Positions 11,335-23,265 of a stretch of DNA of 64,000 nt are shown one piece after another. Source of the DNA: Chiloscyllium plagiosum (taxonomy: Eukaryota); NCBI RefSeq assembly GCF_004010195.1, contig NC_057754.1:8403023-8467022 (forward strand). Reading direction: 5' to 3'. Both the position numbers and the translations under genes were made by a program. Each line of letters begins with the position of its first letter. Positions within the stretch are counted from its first letter, which is position 1. The notes beneath the pieces were generated by a model that saw only the letters and a list, made by a program, of their open reading frames with translations, searched no databases and was not told where the DNA came from.

Positions 11335-11690
11335 AGTCACGTGTCCCTATTAAACCCCGCCCATTCGGCCATGTTGCTCGAACGCTGCGCACGCACTCAC
11401 AACCCCATGAAAACAAAATGTCTGCTTCTCCGAAGCACCGAAAAAGCCTCCGAGCTGCAATAACAGGACCTACAGGTATTTATTTGGTGCCATCCCCAAT
11501 AATAAACGTTCACGAACGTTCCCCGCACGCTAACTGGTTCCACTCCGTTCCTTTGTTGCCGTCGCCTCTTACCGGTGCCGAGCGCCAAACGAGAATCTCC
11601 TCTGCGCCGTCACTCGGAAGACGGTGGCTCTGCGCTTGCGCACACGGTCCTGCTGACTCGATGAGGGACATTCTCTGCCGCGGGAGTTGC
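11335..11690 (-). promoter_or_regulatory. CpG-rich promoter and non-coding first exon of the 11-finger gene
   Basis: Local CpG excess. NRF1-like TGCGCTTGCGCA (11631-11642), ETS-like CGGAAG (~11615), GC box CCCCGCCC (~11355), E-box CACGTG (~11338). Minus-strand donor CCG|GTAAGA with the exon ending at 11573. Confidence 0.7.
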
Positions 11691-11711
11691 TGGGTAAAAG
11701 GCCCACCATTC

Positions 11712-11800
11712 CTGAAGAAGGGCTTATGCCCGAAACGTCGATTCTCCTGTTCCCTGGATGCTGCCTGACCTGCTGCGCTTTTCCAGCAACACATTTCCAG
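11712..11800 (+). mobile_element. Family A Penelope-derived insert with an intact hammerhead core (11712-11739)
   Basis: CTGAAGA-A-GGGC-TTAT-GCCC-GAAAC-GTC. TSD CACCATTC at 11704-11711 and 11801-11808. Confidence 0.82.
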
Positions 11801-11824
11801 CACCATTCACAATGGCAGGGCCAA

Positions 11825-12800
11825 AGATCTGCAGATGCTGAAGACCTAATTGCTGGGATACTCAGTCAATCCTGGCAGCATCTTTGAAGAGCAAACAGAG
11901 TTAACGTTTTGAGCAAACAGAGTTAACTTTCGAAGTTGATAGTAGCCTGAAAAAGGTGGTACTTATGAAAATAGCAGGGAAGGGGAAGGAGTGAGCAGAT
12001 AGGTAGATGGGGAGCCCAGAGAGAGAGAAACAAGTAAGGCAAACAAAGCGAGACAACCAAGAAGGAAAATCAGTTCTGATGAAGAGTCACTGCACCTGAT
12101 GTGTCAAATTAAATTTGATCTTGAGTCCTGAAGGCTATATTATCCTCTTCCCGACTCAAGTCTCACTGGAGTACCATAGCAGGCTTAACACCGAAACGTT
12201 GCTCAGGGAACACATAGGTGTTCTGCAAAGCAATCACCCAGTCTACATTTCATCTTTCTACATGTAAAAGAAGACCACATTGAGAGAAGTGAATACAGTA
12301 TACTAGACTGAGTGAAGGGCAGGTAAATTGCTGCTTCACCTTAGAAAGGGAAGGGATGAACAGAAAGGTGTTGCATCTTCGGTGATGGTGTGGGAAGGTG
12401 CTGTAGGGGTATTGACAGTGAAGGGAGGAATGGACCAGGGTATCCTTGCGGAACACTCCCTGTGTAGTGCTGACAAGAGAGGGGAATATGTGGATGTGGG
12501 TTTGCTCCCTGAGCTGGAAGGTTCATTTTCAGATGTTTTGTCACCATAGTAGATGATATCATCAGTGAGCTTCCAGATGAAGCACTGGTGGCACAGCCCA
12601 CTTTCTTTTTGTGTTTAGGTTTCCTTGGATTGGTGATGTCATTTTCTGTTCTTTTTCTCAGGAGGTGGTAACTTTGATCTAAGTCAATGTATTTGTTGAT
12701 AGAGTTCTGGTTGAAATGCCATGCTTCTAGGATTTCTTGTGCATGGCACAGTTTGGCTTGTCCTAGGATGGATGTATTGTCCCAGTTGACAACACTAGGA
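11825..12800 (-). mobile_element. Fragments of two Penelope-like families
   Basis: Decayed GIY-YIG VKQQFTCPSLSLVYCIHFSQCGLLLHV (12250-12456). A pLTR/3' ORF at ~12500-12800 matches the 7425-8310 family. Confidence 0.7.
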
Positions 12801-12949
12801 TAGCTTTACGTGCTGATGGGGAGAGAGAGAGAGAGAGAGACTGGGTGTGGATCTCGAAAAGTGGTGAAAAGAGCTGTCTGAGGGGTGTGGTACTTTTGGG
12901 TTTTAAAAAAAAATGTTTCCTGCAGCTCATGCCTTTGATTGGAAAGAAC

Positions 12950-13580
12950 ACAAGAATGTAAGAAATAGGAGCAGGAGTAGGCCATCTGGCCCCTCGAATC
13001 TGCTCCACCATTAAGTAAGATCATGGCTGATCTAGTCGTGATGTGGAGATGCTGATGTTGGACTGGGGTGTACAAAGTCAGAAGTCACATGAAATCACGT
13101 TATAGCCCAACAGGTTTATTTGAAATCACAAGCTTTCAGAGTGCTGCACCTTCATCGGGTGAGTGTCCACTCACTTACCCGTCCACTCACCATAACCTTT
13201 AATTCTTTTATTGTTCAAAAATATTTCTATCTTTGCCTTAAAAACATTCAACGTGGTAACCTCAGCTGCTTCTCTGGACTGGGAATTCCAAAAATTCACA
13301 ATCCTTTGGATGAAGAGATTACTCTCTCAACTCAGTCCTAAATCTGCTATCCCTTATTTTGAGGCTACACCCCCGGTTCTAGTTTCACCCACCAGTGGAA
13401 ACAACCTCCCAGCTTCTATCTTATCTATTCCCTTTATAACTTTATATGTTTCTATAAGATCCCCCCTCAGTCTACTGAATTCCAAAGAGTACAGTCCAGT
13501 CTACTCAATATCTCTTCGTAAGCCAATCCCTTCCAGGATCAATTTAATGAACCTCCTCTGCACCCCCTGCAGTGCCAGGT
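12950..13580 (-). mobile_element. CR1 3' fragment interrupted by a Penelope-derived piece (~13037-13170)
   Basis: CR1 3'UTR and RT end on the minus strand; the inserted piece matches the 39305-39462 family. Confidence 0.7.
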
Positions 13581-15059
13581 ATGGCTGAGACAGCGACTAA
13601 AGGCATATGTGCAATTGCTCCTCCTACCTTTGTGGATTTGAATCAAAGTATAGTCTCTCACACTGTACTGAAATCCGCTGTATAAGCATGTCTAATGGGA
13701 TTTCCAATGTTAAAATCAATACTTACATATGTTTTCAAATATTACCAATAATTCCACCCAGTGACATGATGGTAAATTCCATTGCATCATTTCCATGTAA
13801 GTGGTGGAGCACTGGTAATTACACCGGACCAGTAATTTTGAGACACACGATTTTGTTCAAGTTCAATATCCACCATGGGAGAAGGTGAAATTTGAATTCA
13901 AGAAAAATTTGGAATAAAAATACACTGTTGATTGTTGTTAAAAACCTACCTGGTTCGATCATGTCCTTTATGTGGCCTACTGGTTTCCCCGTCTGAACAA
14001 ATATAAGGTGTGACGCATAGAAAACCATTACTAATTGTTAGCAAATCTATGATGTGTTCAATGAAATGTTACATTTCAGCAAAAAAATTCATTATTTTCT
14101 TTGCTATGGTAGTGTGAAAACTGGAGTTAGAGGCACAATCAATAAAATTTAGTACCAACCTGTACACAAACCTAAGTCGATGGACAGCATTTGACACAAA
14201 GGTGGAGAATGGGATATCATGAAAATTGAGAGTTCCTCTTATAGCAGCAATGAGGTAGAACCAACAGCAGTCATGTTAACTGGGTGATCAGTTAGCGCAT
14301 CAGTAAAACTTGACAGACATTGTAGCTTTTTTTTAAAACATAAGAAATAGCAGGACTAGGCCATTTAGCTCATCAGATATTAAATAAGATTACGGCTGAT
14401 TTGTTTGCAGTTCTAACTTCATGTTCATGTCTGCTCTCTTTTTGTCAGTCAAGAACCTATCCAATTCAGCTTCAAATATATTTAATGACCCAGTCTCTTC
14501 ATCCAAGATATCAATATATATTGTAAATAACAGAGATCCTTGCACAGTTTTCTTGGTATTCCATACAATCTGAAAATGATCCATTTTTCCTGATTCTGTT
14601 TCCTATTGGTTAACCGGTCCACCATCCATGCCAATATGTCACCTTGACACCATGGACTCTTAACTTGTGCGTAACCTTTTATGTGTTGCCTTATCAAATA
14701 GTCCACATGCTTCACATAGAGGTAGAGTACTCCTTTATCTCACCTGCATTTTACATCCACAAACTATGTTGACCCTGCTTGGTTGTATTGTGTTTTCAAC
14801 TGTTTTATTATTACCTCCTTAAGAATGAAAAGTAGCATTTCCCCCAAGACACTTGAGACACTAACTGGCTTCCTATGTCTCTGCTTTCTTGAATGGAAGT
14901 GTTATATTTGTAGTTTCTGACTCACTGGGACCTTCCCAGAACCAAAGGAATTGAGAAAATAACAATTATTCATTTACCCTGAAACCATTTTCCTCTAGTG
15001 ACCGTCCTTGTTTTATGTTCCTTTCTCTCTTTTGCCCCCTATTTTTCTCATGTCTTTTA

Positions 15060-15285
15060 CAATGAAGGTCGATAGGAAAGGTGTGAGGGAGATGGAAGAG
15101 AAACTGACACTGGAGAAAGATGCCACTTCAGGGGGAGCTTTGGAGGCACTTTGGCCTGATGGGCAAGTGGAAGGATGGAAAGCAGCAGGAGCAGCTGATT
15201 GGATTGTCTCAATCTTAGTGTCAAAGAAGTCCATGAACTCTTCGCACTTGTTGTTGGAGGACACAGGAGGAGAGGTAGAGGACTT
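15060..15285 (-). mobile_element. L2-like LINE fragment
   Basis: SNNKCEEFMDFFDTKIETIQSA resembles the L2-clade C..F..FF..KI..IR motif between EN and RT. Confidence 0.55.
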
Positions 15286-15429
15286 CAAACAAAACCAACA
15301 GCGATAGATATATAAAAAAAAATTTGACATGCTGTATTTAACAAAGTCGATTTGACTTTTAATCATAATATTAATCATGTAACTGGGTTGGAGTTTATTA
15401 ATATCAGCAAAAATAAACCCTGGTGAACC

Positions 15430-16135
15430 TGGTTCAGTCCTGAATGTAATATGCACCAGAATCTAAATGCTGCGCAAGTTATGAACTCACTGGTGTCTTT
15501 GTAGGATGGATGAAAGAGCAAATTTATTTCTGCACACTGGACAGATTAGATTAGATTAATTACAGAGTGGAAACAGGCCCTTCGGCCCAACAAGTCCACG
15601 CCGACTCGCCAAAGCGCGACCCACCCAGACCCATGCCCCTACATTTACCCCTTCACCTAACACTATGGGCAACTTAGCGTGGCCAATCCACCTAACCTGC
15701 ACATTTTTGGACTGTGGGAGGAAACCGGAGCACCCGGAGGAAACCCACGCAGTCACGGGGAGAATGTGCAAACTCCACACAGAGAGTCGCCTGAGGTGGG
15801 AATTGAACCCGGGTCTCTGGCACTGTGAGGCAGCAGTGCTAACCACTGTGCCACACACTAATGGTCTTTCTCCAGTTGTGAATGTGCTTGTGTTTTAGCA
15901 GTTGGAAGACATTGTGTATCTCTTTCCATAGTCTGAGCAGGTGAACATAGATGATTGAATGTAAACTTGTCTACCCACAGAACAGATGTAGTTTCTCCCT
16001 ATCCAGAACGGCACTGTTTACTTCCATGTTCAAAATTTGATGATGTTCAAGTTTTGATAAATTGGGCAATTTTATCATATTATGTTGTGACCTTTGATTT
16101 CAGTTTGTCCATGCAAAACCTGCCATTGTAATACC
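15430..16135 (-). pseudogene. C2H2 ZNF pseudogene disrupted by an HE1 SINE
   Basis: Acceptor TTTCACAG|G at 16136, with downstream sequence homologous to the two intact genes; MEVNSAVLDREKL start; finger FTCSDYGKRYTMSS..LLKHKHIH. Removing the SINE gives ERPLVCPVCRNKFALSSILQRHQ*VH. Stops and frameshifts present. Confidence 0.75.
15544..15855 (-). mobile_element. HE1-type V-SINE, near full length, young
   Basis: tRNA-like head (GGCACAGTGGTTAGC...GGTTCAATTCC), V domain GTGTGGAGTTTGCACATTCTCCCCGTG, TCTAA tail repeats. Confidence 0.9.
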
Positions 16136-16534
16136 CTGTGAAATTGACCTAAAACTGGGTGACAGAAAAGCCTAAAAAATGCAAAAGCAGGTTGTGAAAT
16201 TGAGTTGACTAAGTAAGTCCATCTGTGGGGCTGGCACTAAGAAAAAGTAATCGTGAAAGCTGCCCAGATTATTGGAAAAAAAACTTCTCAGTTCACTAAT
16301 GTCCATCAAGGAAGGAAACTTACTAACCTGGAGGTTCACAAACACTCTGACCTCTATGGGAGGAGACAGAAAGAAAGACAACGATGTTCGGGAAGCATGA
16401 GGCAAAGGAGAGGTTTATTTTATATACACATGGACAAAATCTCCCTCACCAAGGTAGTAGGTGAATGTGGACAATTTTCATGCTTCACAAACACAATCCT
16501 AACTTAATATCCAGTACTGGATGACAAGAAATTT

Positions 16535-17310
16535 CACATATGAGTAGCAGTAGGCCATTTAGCCCCTTGAACCTGTTCCACCATTCAATGATGTCATGAC
16601 TGATTGTGGCCTAACTCCATATAACTGCCTTTGGCCCATATCCCTAAATACCTTCACTTAAAAATAAATTATCTCAGATTTAAAATTAATAACTCATGCA
16701 GCAACTACTGCCATTTGTGGGACAGTTCCAAATATCTACCACCCTTTATGTGGGGAAGTGCTTCCTAACACCTCTCCAGAATGATCAGACCTTAATTCTC
16801 AGACTATGCCCTCTAGTACCAGAATCCCCAACCTGTGGAACTACTTTATCTTTTATCTACCCTGTCTTTTCTCCTGTTAAGAGAATCATAGAGATGTCCA
16901 GCACAGAAACAGACCCTTCAGTCCAACTTGTTCATGCTGATCTGATATCTGAACCTAATCTAGCCCCATTTGCTAGCAGTTGGCCCTTATCCCTCTAAAC
17001 CCTTCTTATTCATATATGCACCTGGACGCCTTTCAAGTGCTGTAATTGTGTCAGCCTCCACCACTTCCTCTGGTAGCTCATTCCAGATGTGCACCACCCT
17101 CTGCATGAAAAAGTTACCCCAAGGTCCCTTTTAAAATTTTCCACTTTCACCCTAAACCTATGCTCTCTGGTTATTCACTCACCCCACCCCAGGGAAATTA
17201 CCTTGTCTATTTATTTTATCCTCGCCCCTCATGATTTAATAAATCTCTATAACGTCACCCCTCAGTCTCTGATGCTCCAAGGAAAACAGCCCCAGCCTAT
17301 TCAACCTCTT
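16535..17310 (-). mobile_element. Two CR1 3' fragments
   Basis: CR1 3'UTR motifs at 16535 and 16885; RT-end homology. Confidence 0.75.
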
Positions 17311-18014
17311 CTTGAAGGCTTTCCTCCATCTGAGTATTGGGAACACAGATGTTATTATCTTCAGTCCCCACTACAAACCCTGTGACTTTGCCATTGATTT
17401 AATTTCTCTTCCCTGGCACTGGTCAGTGTCTGCCTCGGCGCATTTTCTGAATCTCGGGTCATCTGCTTCAGAATCTCTTCTCTATTCCTTCGAGACCTGA
17501 AGATGTAATGAATCCAACACACTCCTGACAAGTCTCCTACATTTATGCACTCAGAAACTGCAGTTTTTCCAATCTGTTCAAGCAGTAAGTTTGATTCCAT
17601 CTGAGCTGACTGTATTGCAGATCTCGTCACTGAACATTATTTTGAGGAGACAGGTTCTCAAAATATGAAAGTCTTTAAGTTGAGAGTCAAGGTTATTTAC
17701 CTTAAGGACAATGAATTAAACTAATATTTACCTCTAAAATGCACTCAAAAGTTGAGTAGTTATCGTTACATTGCCACCTCTGTGATAATGGTTCTTCTTA
17801 CTATTTGCTAACTTGGGGGGCTAACTACTTTGGTCAAATGTCAGTTCCAAACAGCACTAACCTGCAGTACGATTGTGTAGGCCAATCTCTGTTTCTGCGT
17901 AATGCTGGTATTGACTATAAATTCAGCAGTGTGGTGAACCCCCTCTGTAACAGGAATTCACAAACTCCATCCTCAGTCAATGATACACAATGCCATCCTC
18001 TCGACTGGGGTCAG

Positions 18015-18400
18015 GGGTGACCGCGCAGGCGCCCTCTTCTCCATTGCCCTCAATAAAGATGGCGACTTTCCCGGGGCCTGGCCCAGAATCGCCGCGGCGC
18101 TCTTCATATCTATCGCCTTGTTCTGCGCCAGTGCGGGACCGATAGCGCCTTACGCAAGGTTCCAGATTTCCAGCGTATACTTATAAAGCTTGCCCAGCTA
18201 ACCCGTTACCTCGCTGAGGTCCGCCGTCTCTGGCTGATAGCGGACGGGTTGTGTTCCTCGTCAGGGCGGCTGGAGGCCCGAATCCGGCGCATGTGCGAAC
18301 AGGAATCCAAACGGCGCATGTGCAAACAAGAATCCAAACGGCGCGTGGCCGAATCGGAACACGGCACTGCCCATGCGCGGTTCCTGCTGCGGAATGTGCC
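18015..18400 (-). promoter_or_regulatory. CpG-rich promoter and first exon, probably of the ZNF pseudogene locus
   Basis: High CpG density. NRF1-like GCGCATGTGC in a 27-bp tandem repeat (18280-18350), YY1-like AAGATGGCG (~18056). Minus-strand donor GAG|GTAACG with the exon ending at 18210. Confidence 0.65.
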
Positions 18401-18499
18401 AGGCGTTTGTGCAGAATCATAGGAGGAGGCCATTCAGCCCATTGTGACTGCACCGGCTCCTCAGACAAGCATCATTACCTCGTGCTATCTCCCCGTGTG

Positions 18500-19740
18500 A
18501 CTTCACCAAGCCTTTTGATAAGGTCACGCATGGGAGACTGATTGCAAAGGTAAGAGCCCCTGGGATGCAAGGAAATAGACATGAATTGGTTGCATGGCAG
18601 GAAACAGAGGGCGGTGGTTGAAGGGGGATTTTGTAACTGGAACTCCCGTGGGGTTTCCCAGCGGGGATTACTGGCCTTGCTGTTTGTAATGTACGTAAAC
18701 GACTAGGACTTGGAGGGTTGATCAGTGAAGTGACATGAAGTACACAGGTAAGGAGGTCACAAGAGGACATAGTGGGGAAGTGATGATCAGAGGCAAATGG
18801 AAGGACAAACAAGCCAAGGGAACACATGATGAACCTGTGACCAGAGGCATGTCCACCAGTACCTGAAGTAGTAGACCAGCTAAGTAGTTAAAAAGGAATA
18901 TGGGATAGTTGCCTTTATCAGCTGAAGCATAGAGTTTAAGAAAAAAGATGTGCAGGTCAGGTGAATTGGCCATTCTAAATTGCCCACAGTATTAGGTGCA
19001 TTAGTCAGAGGGAAATGGGTGTGGGTGGGTTACTCTTCAGAGGGTCGGTGTGGACTTGTTGTGCCAAAGGGCCTCTTTCTGCACTGTAGGGAATCTAATC
19101 TAAAAGCAGGGTGGTGATGGAACTGTGTAAAAGATTTGTCAGTCCACCAGCTAGATTATTGGATGCAGTTCTGGAATGTACATTATAAGAGAGTTGTTAC
19201 TGCACTGGAGAGGTTGGTGAGGAGATTTATCAGGATGATGCCTGGGCTGGAGAGTTTTAGTTATGAAGAGTGATTGGAGACACTGGGGTTGTTTTCCTTG
19301 AAGCAAAGGGAACATGACTGAGATGTGTAAAATTATGAAGGGCATAGCCAGAATAGATTCTGGAACTCTGTCTGTAAGGGTGGTTGAGAGACAAAAAAAT
19401 ACTGCAGATGCTGGAATCCAAAATACACAGGCAGGAGGCTGGGAAAACACAACAAGCCAGGCAGCATTAGGAGGTGGAGAAGTCAATGTTTCGGGTGTAA
19501 CCTGAAGAAGGGTTATATGTAAAACGTTGACTTCTCCACCTCCTGATGCTGCTTGGTTCACTGTGTTCTTCCAGCCTCCTGCCTGTGTAAAGATGGTTGA
19601 GGCAGAAACTTCATAACCTTTGTACACTTGCAATGCCAAGGATTACTGTGGGTGTGGGAAATGAGATTAGAATATGTGGTTGTTTTTAACTGGCACAAAC
19701 TCTAAGAGACTTTTTTTCTGTGCTGGAGGCCTCTGTATGG
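18500..19740 (+). mobile_element. Decayed CR1 with a nested HE1 3' half (~18945-19102) and a Penelope-derived hairpin, family B (~19389-19588)
   Basis: DFTKPFDKVTH-like RT motif. Hairpin arms CACAGGCAGGAGGCTGG...CCAGCCTCCTGCCTGTG, with a flanking duplication of TGTAA.G.TGGTTGAG. Confidence 0.72.
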
Positions 19741-20454
19741 TCCTTGCACACTGTTCCCTCTCCCCACTCGCGCTCCCCGCCCCCACCCCCCTGTTTAAAA
19801 TCAAAATACCCAACGATGCAATAACCTACTGTTTTCCCCCCCCAAAAATCTGTTATAAAGGAGTGGTTAAATGAAATGAAATCCTTTCCTCACTCTGTAG
19901 TCAGCAAGTAATTTATTTATCTAACTCCAACAGTGAACACGTTTAACAGAACAACTAACAAACTAAACAATCCTCTTCCAATCACTAACTATTCCCTAAT
20001 AAAACAAAATTCTAATGGAATGCTGCTCCAACAAATTATAGGTCCCACTTATATAACAAAACAAAAGAATTTATTCTGTCAAATTTACAGCTAGGATACA
20101 CTTTCCGGAATGCTCCATGCCCTCTCTGCTTATCTTTTTTCAGGAACACCATTTCCTTCAAACTCTTGTCAGGAATGCTTCTCTCCGTCGAATTCTTATG
20201 TCAGGAATGTTCTCTCTGAATTCTGCTGTCTAGAATATTAGCTAAGAGTTCCATGGTACCTTTATTAATTAGATGGCACTTTCTCTGAGAGCTGAAATTT
20301 GTTATCTTTTGGCAGATGGTGGTTGGCTCTCTCTGATACATAGATAACTGTGAGAGTCAATTTGTTTCTTGAGAGCTGAAGACTCTTAACTCTGGCAAAT
20401 GGCAGTTAACTCTCTCCAATTTTCAAAATGCCCTCATCTTTTATACCCTGATAA

Positions 20455-20768
20455 TCATAGCATCCCTACAGAGTGGAAACAGGCCAATCGGCCCAACAAG
20501 TCCATACCGACCATCCAAAGAGTAACCCAAGCAGACCCATTTCCCACCATTTATCCTTGACTAATGCACCTAATCTACACATCCCTGAACATTATGGACA
20601 ATTTAGCATAGCCAGTTCGCCTAACCTGCACACCTTTGGGTTGTGGGAGGAAATCCATGCAGATACGGGGAGAATGTGCAAACTCCACACAGACAGTCCC
20701 CGAGGTGGAATCGAACCCGGTTCCCTGGCGCTGTGAGGCAACAATGCTAACTACTGAGCCACTGTGTT
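20455..20768 (-). mobile_element. HE1-type V-SINE
   Basis: Head to tail present; flanking duplication TACCC(T)GATAA. Confidence 0.88.
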
Positions 20769-21089
20769 ACCCGATAACTTATTAATTTCCTTACAATCCG
20801 ATTGATTCTAGGTTGTCAAAAGATTCAGATTTAAATTTAATAGGTTTTTGGTCGCTGAGCGTTTGGTTTAAGTTGATTGGCTAAATTTAAAAGACTTGTT
20901 GTCATGGTAAAAATTCTGCTGGCTGTTCGGTACAAAATTTTTCAATTTGGGAGTTCTGTGTACCTGCACTTTAAGCTGCTGTTCAGACAACCACTTTAAC
21001 TCTAACTCTAAGCACAGTGAAAAAAAAATCATCTTTTGAAGGGGCCTTGCAATGCTTTCCCCCATTTTACAGTTTTACATGCACCCACT

Positions 21090-22470
21090 TAGCAACAATT
21101 AGTAAGTTTGCAAATGACACCAAAATTGGTTGTGTAGTGGACAGTGAAGAAGGTTACCTCAGAGTCCAATGAGACTTTATTCAGATAGGCTAATAGACCA
21201 AGGAGTGGCAGATAGAGGTGAATTTGAATAAACACGAGGTGCTGCAATTTGAAAAAGCAACCAGCTGGTAAGGTCCTGGGGAATATTGCTGAACAAAGAG
21301 ATCTTCGAGTATAGGTTCATAATTCCATGAAGATGGAGTCACCGATAAGATAGACAGGATCGTGATGAAGGCGCTTGTATGCTTGCCTTTATTGGTCAAT
21401 GCATTAAGTATAGGAGCTGGGACGTCATGTTGCAGCTGTGCAGGACATTGGTTAGGCCACTTTTGGAATACTACATTCAGTTCTGGTCTCCCTCCTTATA
21501 GTAAGGACGTTGTGAAACTTGAAAGAGTTCAGAGAAGATTTATAAGGATGTTGCCAGGGTTGGAGGGTTTGAGCTATAGGGGGAGGCTGAATAGGCAAGG
21601 ATATTTTCCCTGGACCATCAGAGGCTGAGGGGTGACCTTGTAGAGGTTTATGAAATGGAGAGGGTGAATAGTTAAGGTCTTTTCCCCAGGGTAAGGGAGT
21701 CCAAAACTAGGGGGCATAGGTTTAAGGTGAGAGAGGGAAGATTTTAAAAGGGACCGAATGGGCAACCCTTTCATACAGAGGGTGCATTTAAAAACATCTG
21801 GAAGTATATGTTTAGGAAGGGTTTAGAGGGCTGTGGGCCAATTGCTGGTAAATGAGACTAGATTAATTTAGGATATCTGGTCAGCATGGACAAGTATTGT
21901 TCAGAGCGCTTGTGTTTTGTGATCCAATGTCGTTTGAAGCCATTGGCCCGAGCAGAGTTATTGAATGAATTGAACCAAAGTGCATGAGTCGTCATCACAG
22001 TTTTATATCGGATGTAATTAACAACAGAAAAGGCTCTACATTTAGATCGCTTGTGGTTCTCTGCTGTATGACTATGATTCTTCGGTCCAACCAGTCCATG
22101 CTGACCATAATCCTAAACTAAACTAGTCCCACCTGCCTGCGTTTGGCCCATATCCCTCCAAACAATCCTTATTCATGTCCTTATCCAAGTGTCTTTTAAA
22201 GTTGTAATTTTACCTACATCCACCATTTCTTCCGGACGTTTATTCCACACGTGAACCACTCTCTGTGCAAAATAAAAATACCCTGAATGTATTTTTTTGA
22301 AATCGTTCTCCTTTCACTTTAAATATATGCCCCATCATCTTGAAATCCCTCAACCTGGGGAAAAGACACCAGCCATTCACCTTATTTATACACCTTATGA
22401 TTTTATAAACCTCAATAAGGTCATCCCTCAACCTCTTACGTTCCAGTTAATACAAGTCCTAACCTATCTA
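21090..22470. mobile_element. CR1 (HER1-like) fragments: + strand 21090-21890, - strand 22065-22470
   Basis: KFANDTK; KDVVKLERVQRRFIRMLPGLEGLSYRGRL; DLIEVYKII. Confidence 0.85.
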
Positions 22471-23014
22471 ACCCCGCTTTTGTAACACTGTATGCAAATG
22501 AATGTTTCGGACAGTCTGTGCGTGAGAAGGAGGCTTCACTTTTTGTTTAGTTGTGTTACCTGTTATTTTTTCTTAATAAATACAAGAGCATTCACTATTC
22601 AAGTACAGTTAGTTTGATTGGGTAACTACAGTGTTGCTGTTCAATATTTCACACTTCGTCACACGTTATTTTGGGGAATAAATTAGAAAGAAAACGATTG
22701 GGAGATCCTTCTGTCTGCCATTTTAAAATCAGATGCAATATTTATGTAGTGTCAATGCAGCTCAACAATATCACAAGGTGGTCCTGTTACCCAGCCTCTC
22801 AACATTAGACAGTATATCTAATGGATCAAAAAGAAATCATCAGCCTGTTAAACAATTTCATAATGATTTTTCCACATGTTGAGGATGATGAGGTGTGTGA
22901 GAGCCATCAAGTGGACAAGATGCATGTAACCATGACCGCTGTAGTCCATGAAGCTTGCTGAGGTGCTTTGACAGCTAGAGTCAGTGGTGGTGGTGAGCTA
23001 ACTTAAAGAGTGAC

Positions 23015-23265
23015 ATTTACCTTTGTAGATCACAGAAGATTGTTAACCTTTTTTCCCTGTGTTGCAGTCCATTATGTTTCACCCAGGGCACTGCACTAAC
23101 CCTGGCCATGAACTCAGCCCATGCTGGCTGGGTCTGGTAGTGTAGCCTCCTTGCCAGTCTGCCGGAAAAAGACACTGTGCTTCTTCCCACCACGTCATCC
23201 ATCAGCACCTCCCAGGTCACTTCAGAAATACCAAGGAACAAACTTGCCTTTCTGGGCCATTTCAT
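23015..23265 (-). pseudogene. Myb/SANT-like DNA-binding ORF remnant, Harbinger-type
   Basis: Reconstructed MAQKGK...DLEVLMDDVVGR...QTQPAWAEFMARVSAVPWVKHNGLQHREKVNNL fits the Myb_DNA-bind_5/NAIF1-type pattern (LV.....R....F...AW.E.A..V.AV....R...Q.RKK..DL). Ends at a GTAAAT donor. Confidence 0.55.

Noticed and set aside
10600..11570. KRAB, SCAN or BTB exon upstream of the ZNF genes (also 40830-46989)
   Set aside because: No recognisable motif in any frame, and the leaders contain stops in the finger frame. A small divergent exon cannot be excluded by eye.
17311..17700. Possible internal exon(s) of the ZNF pseudogene locus (ORF 17361-17630, minus)
   Set aside because: Splice-like signals exist, but there is no recognisable domain and the boundaries are ambiguous.
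18280..18350. CRISPR-like reading of the 27-bp and 48-bp repeats
   Set aside because: Contiguous tandem units with no unique spacers, no cas genes, and a vertebrate context.
19851..21071. Solo-LTR-like segments (also ~45836-46209 and ~51935-53126)
   Set aside because: TG..CA-like ends and polyA-like signals, but no TSD, PBS or second copy to confirm them.
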